A stretch of DNA of 64,000 nt from contig OZ220733.1 of assembly GCA_965116875.1 (NCBI GenBank), positions 3,264,001 to 3,328,000 of the forward strand, in the 5' to 3' direction. Below, one piece after another: positions 38,009 through 46,672 of this stretch (position 1 is the stretch's first letter; the number at the start of each line of letters is the position of its first letter). Source of the stretch: Candidatus Latescibacterota bacterium (GTDB lineage Bacteria > Latescibacterota > UBA2968 > GCA-2709665). Both the position numbers and the translations under genes were made by a program. Below the pieces are notes generated by a model that was not told the DNA's origin, ran no database searches, and saw only the letters and a list, made by a program, of their open reading frames with translations.

Positions 38009-40961
38009 TTTCTTCATTCCAATACAAATAGAATAGAACCCCATCGTCAGGACTTCTATTCAGGTCTAGAGTAAGGGTCATCCCTTCCTTATTTAATACC
38101 CTTTTTGAGATGTAAAGGCCCAGGCCTCGGCCTCGTGGTTTGCGCGAGAATCCCTTTTCAAAAATGGACTCAGCATCTCGACGTGGGATTGGCGGACCGT
38201 TGTTCCCAATGCAATAGGCACTGTCGGTGCAATCTAACTGAATCAGACGTTCACCGGGCTTGTCCTTAAGCCAGAAAATGAAGTTATCCAAAAGATTGAC
38301 AAATACCGGATAAATTGTTGATGGGTACGTGCGAACTATACTATCAACGAAATTCTGTGTCGCATCCAGCTGGATTCTATGACGTTCAAGCCGTACACCG
38401 AATAGCGCACGAACATAGTAGACGACTTCCTTTCCAGTTATGTCGATTTGTTGACGATATAGTCGCCGCTGTAGAGGCGTAAATAGATTCAAATGAGCAT
38501 CTAGATGTTCAAAATTCGTCCTGATTCCGCGGTAGATGGGCTGCAGCCCGTCATTGGCCTTGGCCCACGTTCCGAGTTCTCTCAGATCTCTGCGTATCAT
38601 CTTGATTACAGCCTCGAATTCATGGTTTATTACCGCAATCGCAAGTCCCATTTGGACTAGCTCTTCATCCGTATCAGCCTTTTCTTGTAGGGCGTAAAGT
38701 TCAGTTTCCAGGGCTTCTGCGATGTCGAGTTGGCTAATGTCCGTTCCTTCATTAATCCCGTCAGCAATACCTGTCAACATTTCGCGAACACCTTCAAGTC
38801 TGCCAGTGTTCCTTAAGGCTACAGCATCGATTCGTTGTTGGTAGTCTGACCTTATGTCCTCGATCTGCTTTGGCTGTAGATCGCTGAGGTCGCTGTGAGC
38901 AAGATTTAACTCGATTTCTGCAATTACGTTACGCAATTCCCGCAGGGATGCATTAGTCGCACTAATAGAAGCGCGTCGTGCATCTCCTGCTGCTTGCCGT
39001 AACGCGCTCGATTCAATGCGTAAAGCTGTGTTCTGCGTATCGGCGGCATTTTGAATGAGCTCTTGAATGCGTCGACGTTGGTCAATATGGATATTCGCTA
39101 TTTCCGCCGTTGATACAAGTGATTCCCCCACTTGCTTTGCAAAAGGAGCAAAGACATCAGCTTCAAGTCTGTCGCGTTCCCTCTGATACGCTTCCCAATC
39201 GCCGGTAAGCCTCTTGGTCAAACCGACGCCTCGGGGCCGAGTTATTGAATACTTCGCCCGCATCTCTTCGAGCTCCCGATTGGCTTCCCGTTCTGTGTCA
39301 AGAAGCTCGGCGGATGCAATGTCAGGATCACCATTCTCAGATGCTGTTTTCATCCTATCTTGTATATGTTGCAGAAGTTCCGCGATTTCGAATTCGGGTA
39401 AAGCATCTTGTGTTTTGGCAAAAAACATTTCAAGTGCAGTGGCAAGCCTGGCTCGCTTTGCAGTTGTCTGTTTTTCTCTATTCCTGCGGGCACGTTCCAA
39501 CCGATCGAGTTCGTCCTTGCGTTCGTGAAAATAGTCTCCTTGGGGCGCTTCTTTGCGAAAAAAATCGGCCGCCAACTGAATGAATACGTTTTCCAACACG
39601 CTTTTGAACTGCTTGTAAGCCTTGTTTTTTTGGAAACCTTCACGCCCCGCTTTTTCTTTTAGTGCCGCGTTGTTCTCTTTCGTGAGGCACACCGCACCAT
39701 ATATCCGCCTATACGAAAAGAAGTAGTAACCCATACCTTTGTTTCGGCGCAACTCGATATCGAGCCAATCTATATCCGAATTGCCGTAAGGGAGGATTCG
39801 AATCATATCCCGGTAAACGTAGAGCCCGCCGATCCTGTCTAGTTTTTCATTCAGCCTAGTCCAGTCTTCAGGATCCGCCATGCTTTCCCGTTGAATACCT
39901 TGCAAATAGCCAAATTCCAGCTGGAATGGGCCACATGCCGTCGGCTTGCCGCCGCCATCCTTCCATGAGACAATATGATCAGGGAATTCTTGGTCATAAA
40001 CCCTTACCTTTCCCCTAAATTGGCCGTATTCATCAATATTGCCACTGACGAACTGATCGGACAGAGCTAAGTCTTCGTTGGTAAAAAACTCATTTGGACC
40101 GATCAGATCCTCATGCGATGTATCTGTAGGCCAAAAACGGAATGCTGTTTCTAAAGGCAGAGGGTTATCCACCCCAAACGTCCGATTGCAGAAACCTAGA
40201 AGACACTTGCTGAATTCGTTGGTTCCGTCCGATTGCTCTGACTTGATGTCCGCAAGAATAGTTTCGTCAGCAGGTGCAATATAAAAATGTGTGCCGCTCT
40301 CACAATTAGCGAGCGAGAGACCCTCAATAGTTCGCTCAAAATTTCGCGGATCGACCTGAAAGCCGGCAATATCCGAAAGAATGCTCGAAAGGTCACACCA
40401 TGGGAAATCTCTTTGAAGTTGATTGACATTGGTAGCGTTCTCGTTCAATAAATCGACGATATCCTCATTTGCCGGGAGATTGCCTTCTGGAACGCATCTG
40501 ATAGGGATTTCAATATCCTCTAAATTAACGGATGGTTGTCCGAATAGCCCCCAATGAACATAACACATGACGAGATTGCCGCGATGCCCTTCTCGTGCGG
40601 ACCTCGTTAGCACAAGAACTTGCCGCCCAAGGAATGCGATCGCAAGTCGCCCGATTCCCTTCTCTCCCATGATAGCGCGCTCTGGCTTGTCAGCCGGCCG
40701 GAACTCCGTACCCTGCGGCGATCTGACCTTACTATCCGTACCAAGGACCAACCATTTCGACTCGAATTCCTCACGCGACATTCCAACCCCATCATCACGA
40801 ATGACTAGGAGCGAATCAGAACCGAAGAAGTCCACTTCAACATGATCTGCATAGGCATCGTGAGCATTCTTAAATAGCTCATTAATGGCGGTGGAGGCGT
40901 CGGCGATTTGCTGCCTTCCCAGCATATCAACCGCTCGCGCTTTTGTTCGGAATCTAGCCAT
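38001..40961 (-). CDS. GHKL/MORC-like ATPase + coiled coil + HEF-type histidine kinase
   Basis: ELFKNAHDAYA, DDGVGM, GEKGIGRLA; LKEKAGREGF; INHEF; NLLDN..NNGP..GFSRKPRGRGLGL. Confidence 0.8.
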   Translation of the reverse strand: MARFRTKARAVDMLGRQQIADASTAINELFKNAHDAYADHVEVDFFGSDSLLVIRDDGVGMSREEFESKWLVLGTDSKVRSPQGTEFRPADKPERAIMGEKGIGRLAIAFLGRQVLVLTRSAREGHRGNLVMCYVHWGLFGQPSVNLEDIEIPIRCVPEGNLPANEDIVDLLNENATNVNQLQRDFPWCDLSSILSDIAGFQVDPRNFERTIEGLSLANCESGTHFYIAPADETILADIKSEQSDGTNEFSKCLLGFCNRTFGVDNPLPLETAFRFWPTDTSHEDLIGPNEFFTNEDLALSDQFVSGNIDEYGQFRGKVRVYDQEFPDHIVSWKDGGGKPTACGPFQLEFGYLQGIQRESMADPEDWTRLNEKLDRIGGLYVYRDMIRILPYGNSDIDWLDIELRRNKGMGYYFFSYRRIYGAVCLTKENNAALKEKAGREGFQKNKAYKQFKSVLENVFIQLAADFFRKEAPQGDYFHERKDELDRLERARRNREKQTTAKRARLATALEMFFAKTQDALPEFEIAELLQHIQDRMKTASENGDPDIASAELLDTEREANRELEEMRAKYSITRPRGVGLTKRLTGDWEAYQRERDRLEADVFAPFAKQVGESLVSTAEIANIHIDQRRRIQELIQNAADTQNTALRIESSALRQAAGDARRASISATNASLRELRNVIAEIELNLAHSDLSDLQPKQIEDIRSDYQQRIDAVALRNTGRLEGVREMLTGIADGINEGTDISQLDIAEALETELYALQEKADTDEELVQMGLAIAVINHEFEAVIKMIRRDLRELGTWAKANDGLQPIYRGIRTNFEHLDAHLNLFTPLQRRLYRQQIDITGKEVVYYVRALFGVRLERHRIQLDATQNFVDSIVRTYPSTIYPVFVNLLDNFIFWLKDKPGERLIQLDCTDSAYCIGNNGPPIPRRDAESIFEKGFSRKPRGRGLGLYISKRVLNKEGMTLTLDLNRSPDDGVLFYLYWNEEND

Positions 40962-42069
40962 TTTTTAGATCCGCTGTCTTGACGTGGTCGTTGAAATGTA
41001 GACCGAATGCTTTTGCAACAGGTACTGGAACCGCATTACCTATCTGACGCGCCATGGATGCCAGTGAACCTGTAAACTCGAAACTATCTGGAAATCCCTG
41101 AAGGCGGGCTGCCTCGCGTACTGATATGGCACGGTCTTGCTTTGGGTGGCCGAATCTTCCGTTTGAATAACTGATGCAGCGCGTCGTTAAACCGGGTGCA
41201 GGCTCGTCCCACGCAAGTCGTGTGTAACAGTCCGAATGGCCATTGTAGCGTTTTCCGTTTTCCTTCAAGGTATAGCATTTCGGCAGGAGCGACTCGGGCC
41301 AGTCCCGACGCCCGTTTTCGTGGGTCTTCCTGATCCGCTTTAGATTCAGATCGGAAAGTGCAGCAGCGCGGTGATTCGGGTATTTTTGTTCATCTGGATG
41401 CTCTGTGCCTTGCTTAATAGTTGGAAGATCTTCTATCGCATCCCTAACCGTTCTATACGCTACGTTTCGATCTCGTCCGTGAGTTGGCTCAGGAAGTGCG
41501 ATCTTACCAAGAAGACTTGCCACTAGAACTAGCCTTCTGCGAACCTGCGGCACTCCATAGTCCTGCGCGAAGATTATACCGTAATCGATATTGTAACCGT
41601 CTCTATCCAATTGATCGACCAAATGTGAAAACGGGTTGTGATTCTCGACGGACACACTTCGAAAACCAGGGACATTTTCAACGAATACCAATTCTGGCAA
41701 ACAATCATGGACAATCGACGAGAAATGTCCCAAAAGACCATGACGATTGTCTTCGGATAACTCCTGCTTAGAATTCGTTTTTTGTTTAGTGAAGGGCTGA
41801 CAAGGAGGACAGCCACAGAACAATTTCACCTCGGATTCGCAGCTATAGTAGGCATTTATCCGTTCTGCACTTACTACTTCAATCGGCTCGTTGATCACCG
41901 AAGCACCTTTAAAATTCTTCTTGAATGTACCGACAGCATCAGGACACGAATCAACTGCAAGCGCGTGTTCAATTCCGGATTCGTGAAAACCTAAGCTGGT
42001 TCCGCCGCAACCGGAAAAGAAGTCGAATACTCGAATGGGTATATTAGGGGGCATTTTCGAGCTTGTCAC
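40954..42069 (-). CDS. dcm: DNA (cytosine-5) methyltransferase
   Basis: FFSGCGG, PPCQ, ENVPG, YGVPQVRRR, REAARLQGFP, QIGNAVP. Confidence 0.93.
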   Translation of the reverse strand: MTSSKMPPNIPIRVFDFFSGCGGTSLGFHESGIEHALAVDSCPDAVGTFKKNFKGASVINEPIEVVSAERINAYYSCESEVKLFCGCPPCQPFTKQKTNSKQELSEDNRHGLLGHFSSIVHDCLPELVFVENVPGFRSVSVENHNPFSHLVDQLDRDGYNIDYGIIFAQDYGVPQVRRRLVLVASLLGKIALPEPTHGRDRNVAYRTVRDAIEDLPTIKQGTEHPDEQKYPNHRAAALSDLNLKRIRKTHENGRRDWPESLLPKCYTLKENGKRYNGHSDCYTRLAWDEPAPGLTTRCISYSNGRFGHPKQDRAISVREAARLQGFPDSFEFTGSLASMARQIGNAVPVPVAKAFGLHFNDHVKTADLKNG

Positions 42070-42083
42070 ACTGATTCCTGCCT

Positions 42084-42563
42084 TTAGGGCAGTTGAGCGG
42101 GCATCGGACCAGAGATTTCAATTGTTTCACGGGCCGACATTAGGAATCGACCAAGCCGAATGCACACTCGACCGAGTGCCTCGTGTCGGTCGATGCCTGG
42201 TCTGCGCACAGAACATTCCCAGATGATAGCAACTCGCCAGCCAAGGCATCGTAGTTCGCAAATAGATTTCAAATCTCGCGCTCTATTGTCTTCTAGTTTC
42301 TTGCGCCACCAGTTTGCTCGTGTATGCGGTATCTTGGATCTCGCGCATCCATGATTGTGCCAGAAGCAGCCGTTAACGAATATGACCACCGAGTATTTTG
42401 GCAGCACTATGTCCGGCTTTCCAGGCAAATCTTTGCGATGCAGCCGGTAGCGAAAGCCTTGGGCGAAGAGACTCCGCCGTACTTCAGTTTCAAGCTTGCT
42501 ATTCTTGCCACCAACCGCCGACATCATCCTGCTTCGAGTTTGTTTGTCAACGAAGTCAGTCAA
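42084..42563 (-). CDS. vsr: Very-short-patch repair endonuclease
   Basis: RSRMMSAV, LPGKPDIV, FVNGCFWH, WWRKKL.N..RD, IWEC. Confidence 0.92.
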   Translation of the reverse strand: MTDFVDKQTRSRMMSAVGGKNSKLETEVRRSLFAQGFRYRLHRKDLPGKPDIVLPKYSVVIFVNGCFWHNHGCARSKIPHTRANWWRKKLEDNRARDLKSICELRCLGWRVAIIWECSVRRPGIDRHEALGRVCIRLGRFLMSARETIEISGPMPAQLP

Positions 42564-42784
42564 TTAGCCGGCCCTACAATTCTTGTACTTTGATTGTCGA
42601 ATGACCCATAATTAATGCGAATATAGGAATGTTAATCAGTTGGACCAATCGTGTTTGTCCAGATTTCCTGAACGGTACACCTTACCCCGCGGAAGTCCAC
42701 ACTACTTAAGTGTCAACACTATCACCTTTTCTACGCCGAAATACTCGAATCGAAGTTTCAAACCATCGAACTCTTCTTTGCCCT

Positions 42785-43708
42785 TTATTTTATCCTTAAT
42801 TCGAATGCCAGCGGTTCCAATTTGTCTGGCTGGATTGTCCACGGACTTACTAACACGAGGTTTCCGCCCCTTCCGATCGGTGGATCAGTACTTCGCGTTA
42901 GTTTAATGTCCGACACGACTGCAAGTAGTGTATTCGGCGATTTCGCACGAGCGAGAGCGACCTCGTTTCTGGTAACGATGATCTTTTCGCCTTTGCCGGT
43001 CGTCCCTTTAACTTCAACAAACAGCTCGTCACCATTCGAATAGCAGATAAAGTCACAAGATTCCGTTGCCGAAACGTCTTTTACGTTGGGCCAATCGATC
43101 GACAGGTGATCTTGAACAACGTGCATTGCTCGCAGCTCGATCGCCCGACGTTCTTGCGCATTGAGATGTCGGCCCTGTCCTTGGCTCTTGCGAAGTGGGC
43201 GCACGATTGGGCTAATCTCCTCATCAGAAACAGAGATGATTGGATGTTGGGCTAACATCGATGCCGCCTCATGGACATTAGTCGGGAGACCGGAGACATA
43301 GAACCTCATACGCTTATTGTTATTGCCGGGAAATCTTGCGCTTGGTTTTTGACCAATTGAACGTTGTGACCTGCACAGAGCCCTTCGTAACGCTTGAGAA
43401 TCAATTGAGCGAATGTCAATTGGGAATGAATCGACCGCTAACCTCCGGTTTTCTCTCGATAAACCCATTCGTTGTGTGGTCTTTGTATCGACCACGGCAT
43501 CCTCGAGGAAACAGCCGCTTCGCGCTAGGCGGCTTAAGAGCAACTCAACCCCTTGGTTATATTCGGCATTTCTCTCGTTCGGTCCACCGATCGAACCCCC
43601 TCGTGATTCTACCACAACGGAAGTCTCTCCGTCTGCAAACTCAACCGAAAACTGCGCCTTTATCGGATTTCCGATTCTGTCGCAGACCGTCTGGAGGCCG
43701 CTTGTCAT
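42785..43708 (-). CDS. DUF3883 (NOV C-terminal)-type nuclease-like protein with an unknown N-terminal domain
   Basis: RRAIELRAM..V, CDFIC, FVEVKGTT, TRNEV. Confidence 0.75.
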   Translation of the reverse strand: MTSGLQTVCDRIGNPIKAQFSVEFADGETSVVVESRGGSIGGPNERNAEYNQGVELLLSRLARSGCFLEDAVVDTKTTQRMGLSRENRRLAVDSFPIDIRSIDSQALRRALCRSQRSIGQKPSARFPGNNNKRMRFYVSGLPTNVHEAASMLAQHPIISVSDEEISPIVRPLRKSQGQGRHLNAQERRAIELRAMHVVQDHLSIDWPNVKDVSATESCDFICYSNGDELFVEVKGTTGKGEKIIVTRNEVALARAKSPNTLLAVVSDIKLTRSTDPPIGRGGNLVLVSPWTIQPDKLEPLAFELRIK

Positions 43709-43869
43709 AGTTGTCTTCCTCAGCTAACATTACAATCCAAATGTTCCGCCCAAAGCTAGGCGTTTGTGACGATCCTGATGTAATCAAAAAGGGTACGATC
43801 TGCTGAGTTCTTGGTGAGCCGTCTTTCTCTTCGTGATACCAAATATATCCTATAGATAGGAGATTATGG

Positions 43870-44070
43870 GTGAAATATGCGTCCAGATTTCCGAAAGGCT
43901 GGGACGAGGACCGCGTCCGACGCCTCCTGAAACATTACGAATCACAGACAGAAGACGAGACAGCTGCGGAGGATGAAGCGGTAATAGAGGATCCAAGCCA
44001 GACACTTATGGCAATACCCAAGGCTCTGGTTCCTTCAGTACAAGCGCTTCTGGCGCAACGCGACGAGTGA
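43870..44070 (+). CDS. Orphan antitoxin-like small protein; contains repeat copy 2 (43884-44022)
   Basis: RFPKGWDEDRVRRLLKHYESQTEDE...IPKALVPSVQALLA. Confidence 0.65.
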   Translation: MKYASRFPKGWDEDRVRRLLKHYESQTEDETAAEDEAVIEDPSQTLMAIPKALVPSVQALLAQRDE

Positions 44071-44107
44071 ACTCAAGTTACTTTCTCGATCCCGTCTTTC
44101 CCGCCCA

Positions 44108-44917
44108 TCAACCTCCCGTGCCGTCAGACAATCGCTGTCTGTATCTGATTAAATCCTCGCGGGTTATGGCGTCCGGCGGGACCAATTGATACTGTTTCTC
44201 CGCGACGATTCGTATTTCGTCACCGTCCTCCTCAAATTCCATCAGTGCAATAACATCCTGCTGCATGAATTGCGCGCCGATGGGCCGGCAGATCAGGTCT
44301 GGTAATTTGTCCGCACAAAGCGCGATGTCCTGCTCAATCTGAATCCTGCTGAGTCTATCGTTACCACCTTTGGCCTGGACGGGTATCACGTAATGCGAAC
44401 CACTCTTGTCAACACCCACGTAGATTTCGTCGGTTTCGACCTGACCCAACTTCTGCACGGTCGTACGGAGATGGTTTTGCAGTGAGTAACACGCGATACC
44501 AAGGAAGATGTCGATAAGGCGATTGTATCGCACCCGGGCCAGTACAGCCTGTTCATCACCAAACGCATATTTCGCGATGATTCCCGGTGTGGAGTCCGGC
44601 ACTTTGGTCACCGAGAGATTCGGATTCGGCGTGAGCGGATTATCGGTGGCGAGTTCAAACCTGTATTTGCCTCTGCCCGCGCCCCGGATGATCCACGTTT
44701 CTTTGTCCGGTGCCGTACTCCGAATACTGTCGGGGAGTTGTGTCCTGTAGCGGAAACTGTAGACCACGTCGCCAAGGTTCTTCGGTAAGTCAATGTTGAG
44801 TTCGGAGGCAGTCGTTTCAATGTCTTCTCGTACAAAATCGACTTCACGTTGTCCCGGCTGATACCTGGCTTGAAAAATGGCTTCGATGATCGCTGAATAG
44901 CGGTTTGTGGTGGAGAT
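44108..44917 (-). CDS. Putative type II restriction endonuclease (start probably ATC at 44917)
   Basis: Frame open from 44920; GAGGAG 6 nt before ATC; QVETDEIYVG...VIPVQAK PD-(D/E)XK-like variant; directly downstream of the methylase. Confidence 0.65.
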   Translation of the reverse strand: MSTTNRYSAIIEAIFQARYQPGQREVDFVREDIETTASELNIDLPKNLGDVVYSFRYRTQLPDSIRSTAPDKETWIIRGAGRGKYRFELATDNPLTPNPNLSVTKVPDSTPGIIAKYAFGDEQAVLARVRYNRLIDIFLGIACYSLQNHLRTTVQKLGQVETDEIYVGVDKSGSHYVIPVQAKGGNDRLSRIQIEQDIALCADKLPDLICRPIGAQFMQQDVIALMEFEEDGDEIRIVAEKQYQLVPPDAITREDLIRYRQRLSDGTGG

Positions 44918-44934
44918 AAATCACTCCTCTCTTT

Positions 44935-46227
44935 TCAATCGCCCGGCCATTCCAGCGTCACAACCTCTTCTCTGAGCTGTTCGCCCGTTACCGTTGAAGG
45001 CCTGGTTCGAAACAGATCGATCCCGGTGACATTGTAGCCCTGCGATTTGGCGATGCCGGCCAGGAGTTCGCCCGTTCTGATCATCACCCGAAGATAGGAT
45101 GCCTGGTCACCCACCACGTAAGCGAGCTTTGCACCCGGTCTCAATGCCGGCCTGAGAGATGCGAAATGCTTCGCCATCCCCCCGAAATATAGCAGAGTGA
45201 CCCGGGAGTACTGGCGCTCGAAACCTGATGTCTTGCCCAGAGAGACTCGGCGTCTTTCAATTTCATCCGCCAGATTTCGTATTGCGAGATTGTCCGCGAT
45301 CTCCAGGTCGTCTGTGTCGGCTTTGTATACACCGCGAGTGTTGGACCTGACCAGGTTTTGTTTCAACATCCTCAATTCTTGCCTGTTCCTGATCATGCCA
45401 AGGATGACCGACTCCAGACGGGTCGTCCTGGTGTAATCCTTCTCGTTGGGATATGGCGGGGAAGTAATTACGAAATCTACCGAACCCGGTTTCAGGATGT
45501 TTTCGACGCTCCGAGCGTCTGCATTGAAAATCCGGCTGTCGACTCGTGCCCTGTCACCATATTGCCGAATGTCTCGGGCAGTCGCCCGGATGCATTCGAG
45601 CCACGCGTCCACGACCGGTGCATCATATTTGATTTTCCCGACCCCGACTTCCGGCCCGAATTTGAGATTGCTGATGCGGTTCACGAGCGCGTTGGCGAGA
45701 CAGAGGCGTCCGTAGCGCTGAAAATGATGATCCCCCAACCTGTCGATTGCATTCAGAAGAACGAGTGCCTTGTGCAGGGGACGGGGGCTGATGGAGTCCT
45801 TCAACAGGATTTTCGTCCTTTCATCAGGAAGTTGTTTCAGTACTGTTTTCGAATTTCCATTTTCGGCGAATAGCGGAAGATCTTCCCATTCACCAAAGCC
45901 GTTATTGTCCAGCGTTTTCTTCGTGGACATCGCTACTTCTTCCGCGTACTCGAGCAACTCCCTGTGATTCACAGTCCAGTCCACCTTTACCGAACTTGCG
46001 AAATACGCCATCGGATTCGGCTCGATTCCGATGCTGCCGATTCCGAGCTTTTTGCACTCAACGGCCGTGGTCCCCGTCCCGCAAAACGGATCAAGGACGG
46101 TGTGGGATGTTCCAACTTCGAACCTTTCGAGATACTCACGGACCAGATGAGGCGGAAATGACAGCACGAACCGGTACCAGTCATGAACTGCTCTGTCTTC
46201 GGTTCTGAGTTTGTTTAAATCCTTCAT
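44935..46227 (-). CDS. DNA amino-methyltransferase, probably N4-cytosine
   Basis: VLDPFCGTGTT (motif I) before ITSPPY (motif IV); AYVVGD. Confidence 0.85.
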   Translation of the reverse strand: MKDLNKLRTEDRAVHDWYRFVLSFPPHLVREYLERFEVGTSHTVLDPFCGTGTTAVECKKLGIGSIGIEPNPMAYFASSVKVDWTVNHRELLEYAEEVAMSTKKTLDNNGFGEWEDLPLFAENGNSKTVLKQLPDERTKILLKDSISPRPLHKALVLLNAIDRLGDHHFQRYGRLCLANALVNRISNLKFGPEVGVGKIKYDAPVVDAWLECIRATARDIRQYGDRARVDSRIFNADARSVENILKPGSVDFVITSPPYPNEKDYTRTTRLESVILGMIRNRQELRMLKQNLVRSNTRGVYKADTDDLEIADNLAIRNLADEIERRRVSLGKTSGFERQYSRVTLLYFGGMAKHFASLRPALRPGAKLAYVVGDQASYLRVMIRTGELLAGIAKSQGYNVTGIDLFRTRPSTVTGEQLREEVVTLEWPGD

Positions 46228-46555
46228 TGTCTTACGCCGCTGTCACTGCTTACTTGGATATAAAATATTATATTTAATCAATATATACGGACTGAATACC
46301 GGCAGGGCCCTATCGTGGATCAGCGTTGATTTCTCCTTCTGATGCTAATATAGTCAGTATCAATCACGATTGCAAGATCGCGACGTGCGCGTTTGGAGGT
46401 TTCAGGCTGTCATCTGCAGCCGGCGCCCTGTACGTGCGGTAGATTTCCCTTGACTCGAAGCGGATCTTGGATTTCCTTCTTTGTCTGGCAAACGAAGTCC
46501 GGCCGTGCGGGTTACGGTTGGCATCGAGCATTGTGAATCAACGAAATCGGGTCGT

Positions 46556-46655
46556 CCCGTTGCCTCGACCTCCCGGCGTGAGGGTGGAATCCTGGAGCAA
46601 TGGCTCCTCACGTACTCACGCGTTTGAAATTCGAGGTCGGGGAAACGGGTTTTTT
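46556..46655 (+). promoter_or_regulatory. Long structured leader hairpin with a U-tract upstream of the FAR gene (attenuator-like)
   Basis: CCCGTTGCCTCGACCTC pairs with GAGGTCGGGGAAACGGG; inner GCGTGAG/CTCACGC and GAGC/GCTC; TTTTTT follows, 17 nt before the ATG. Confidence 0.45.
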
Positions 46656-46672
46656 GTCCACTTCGGGATGTT

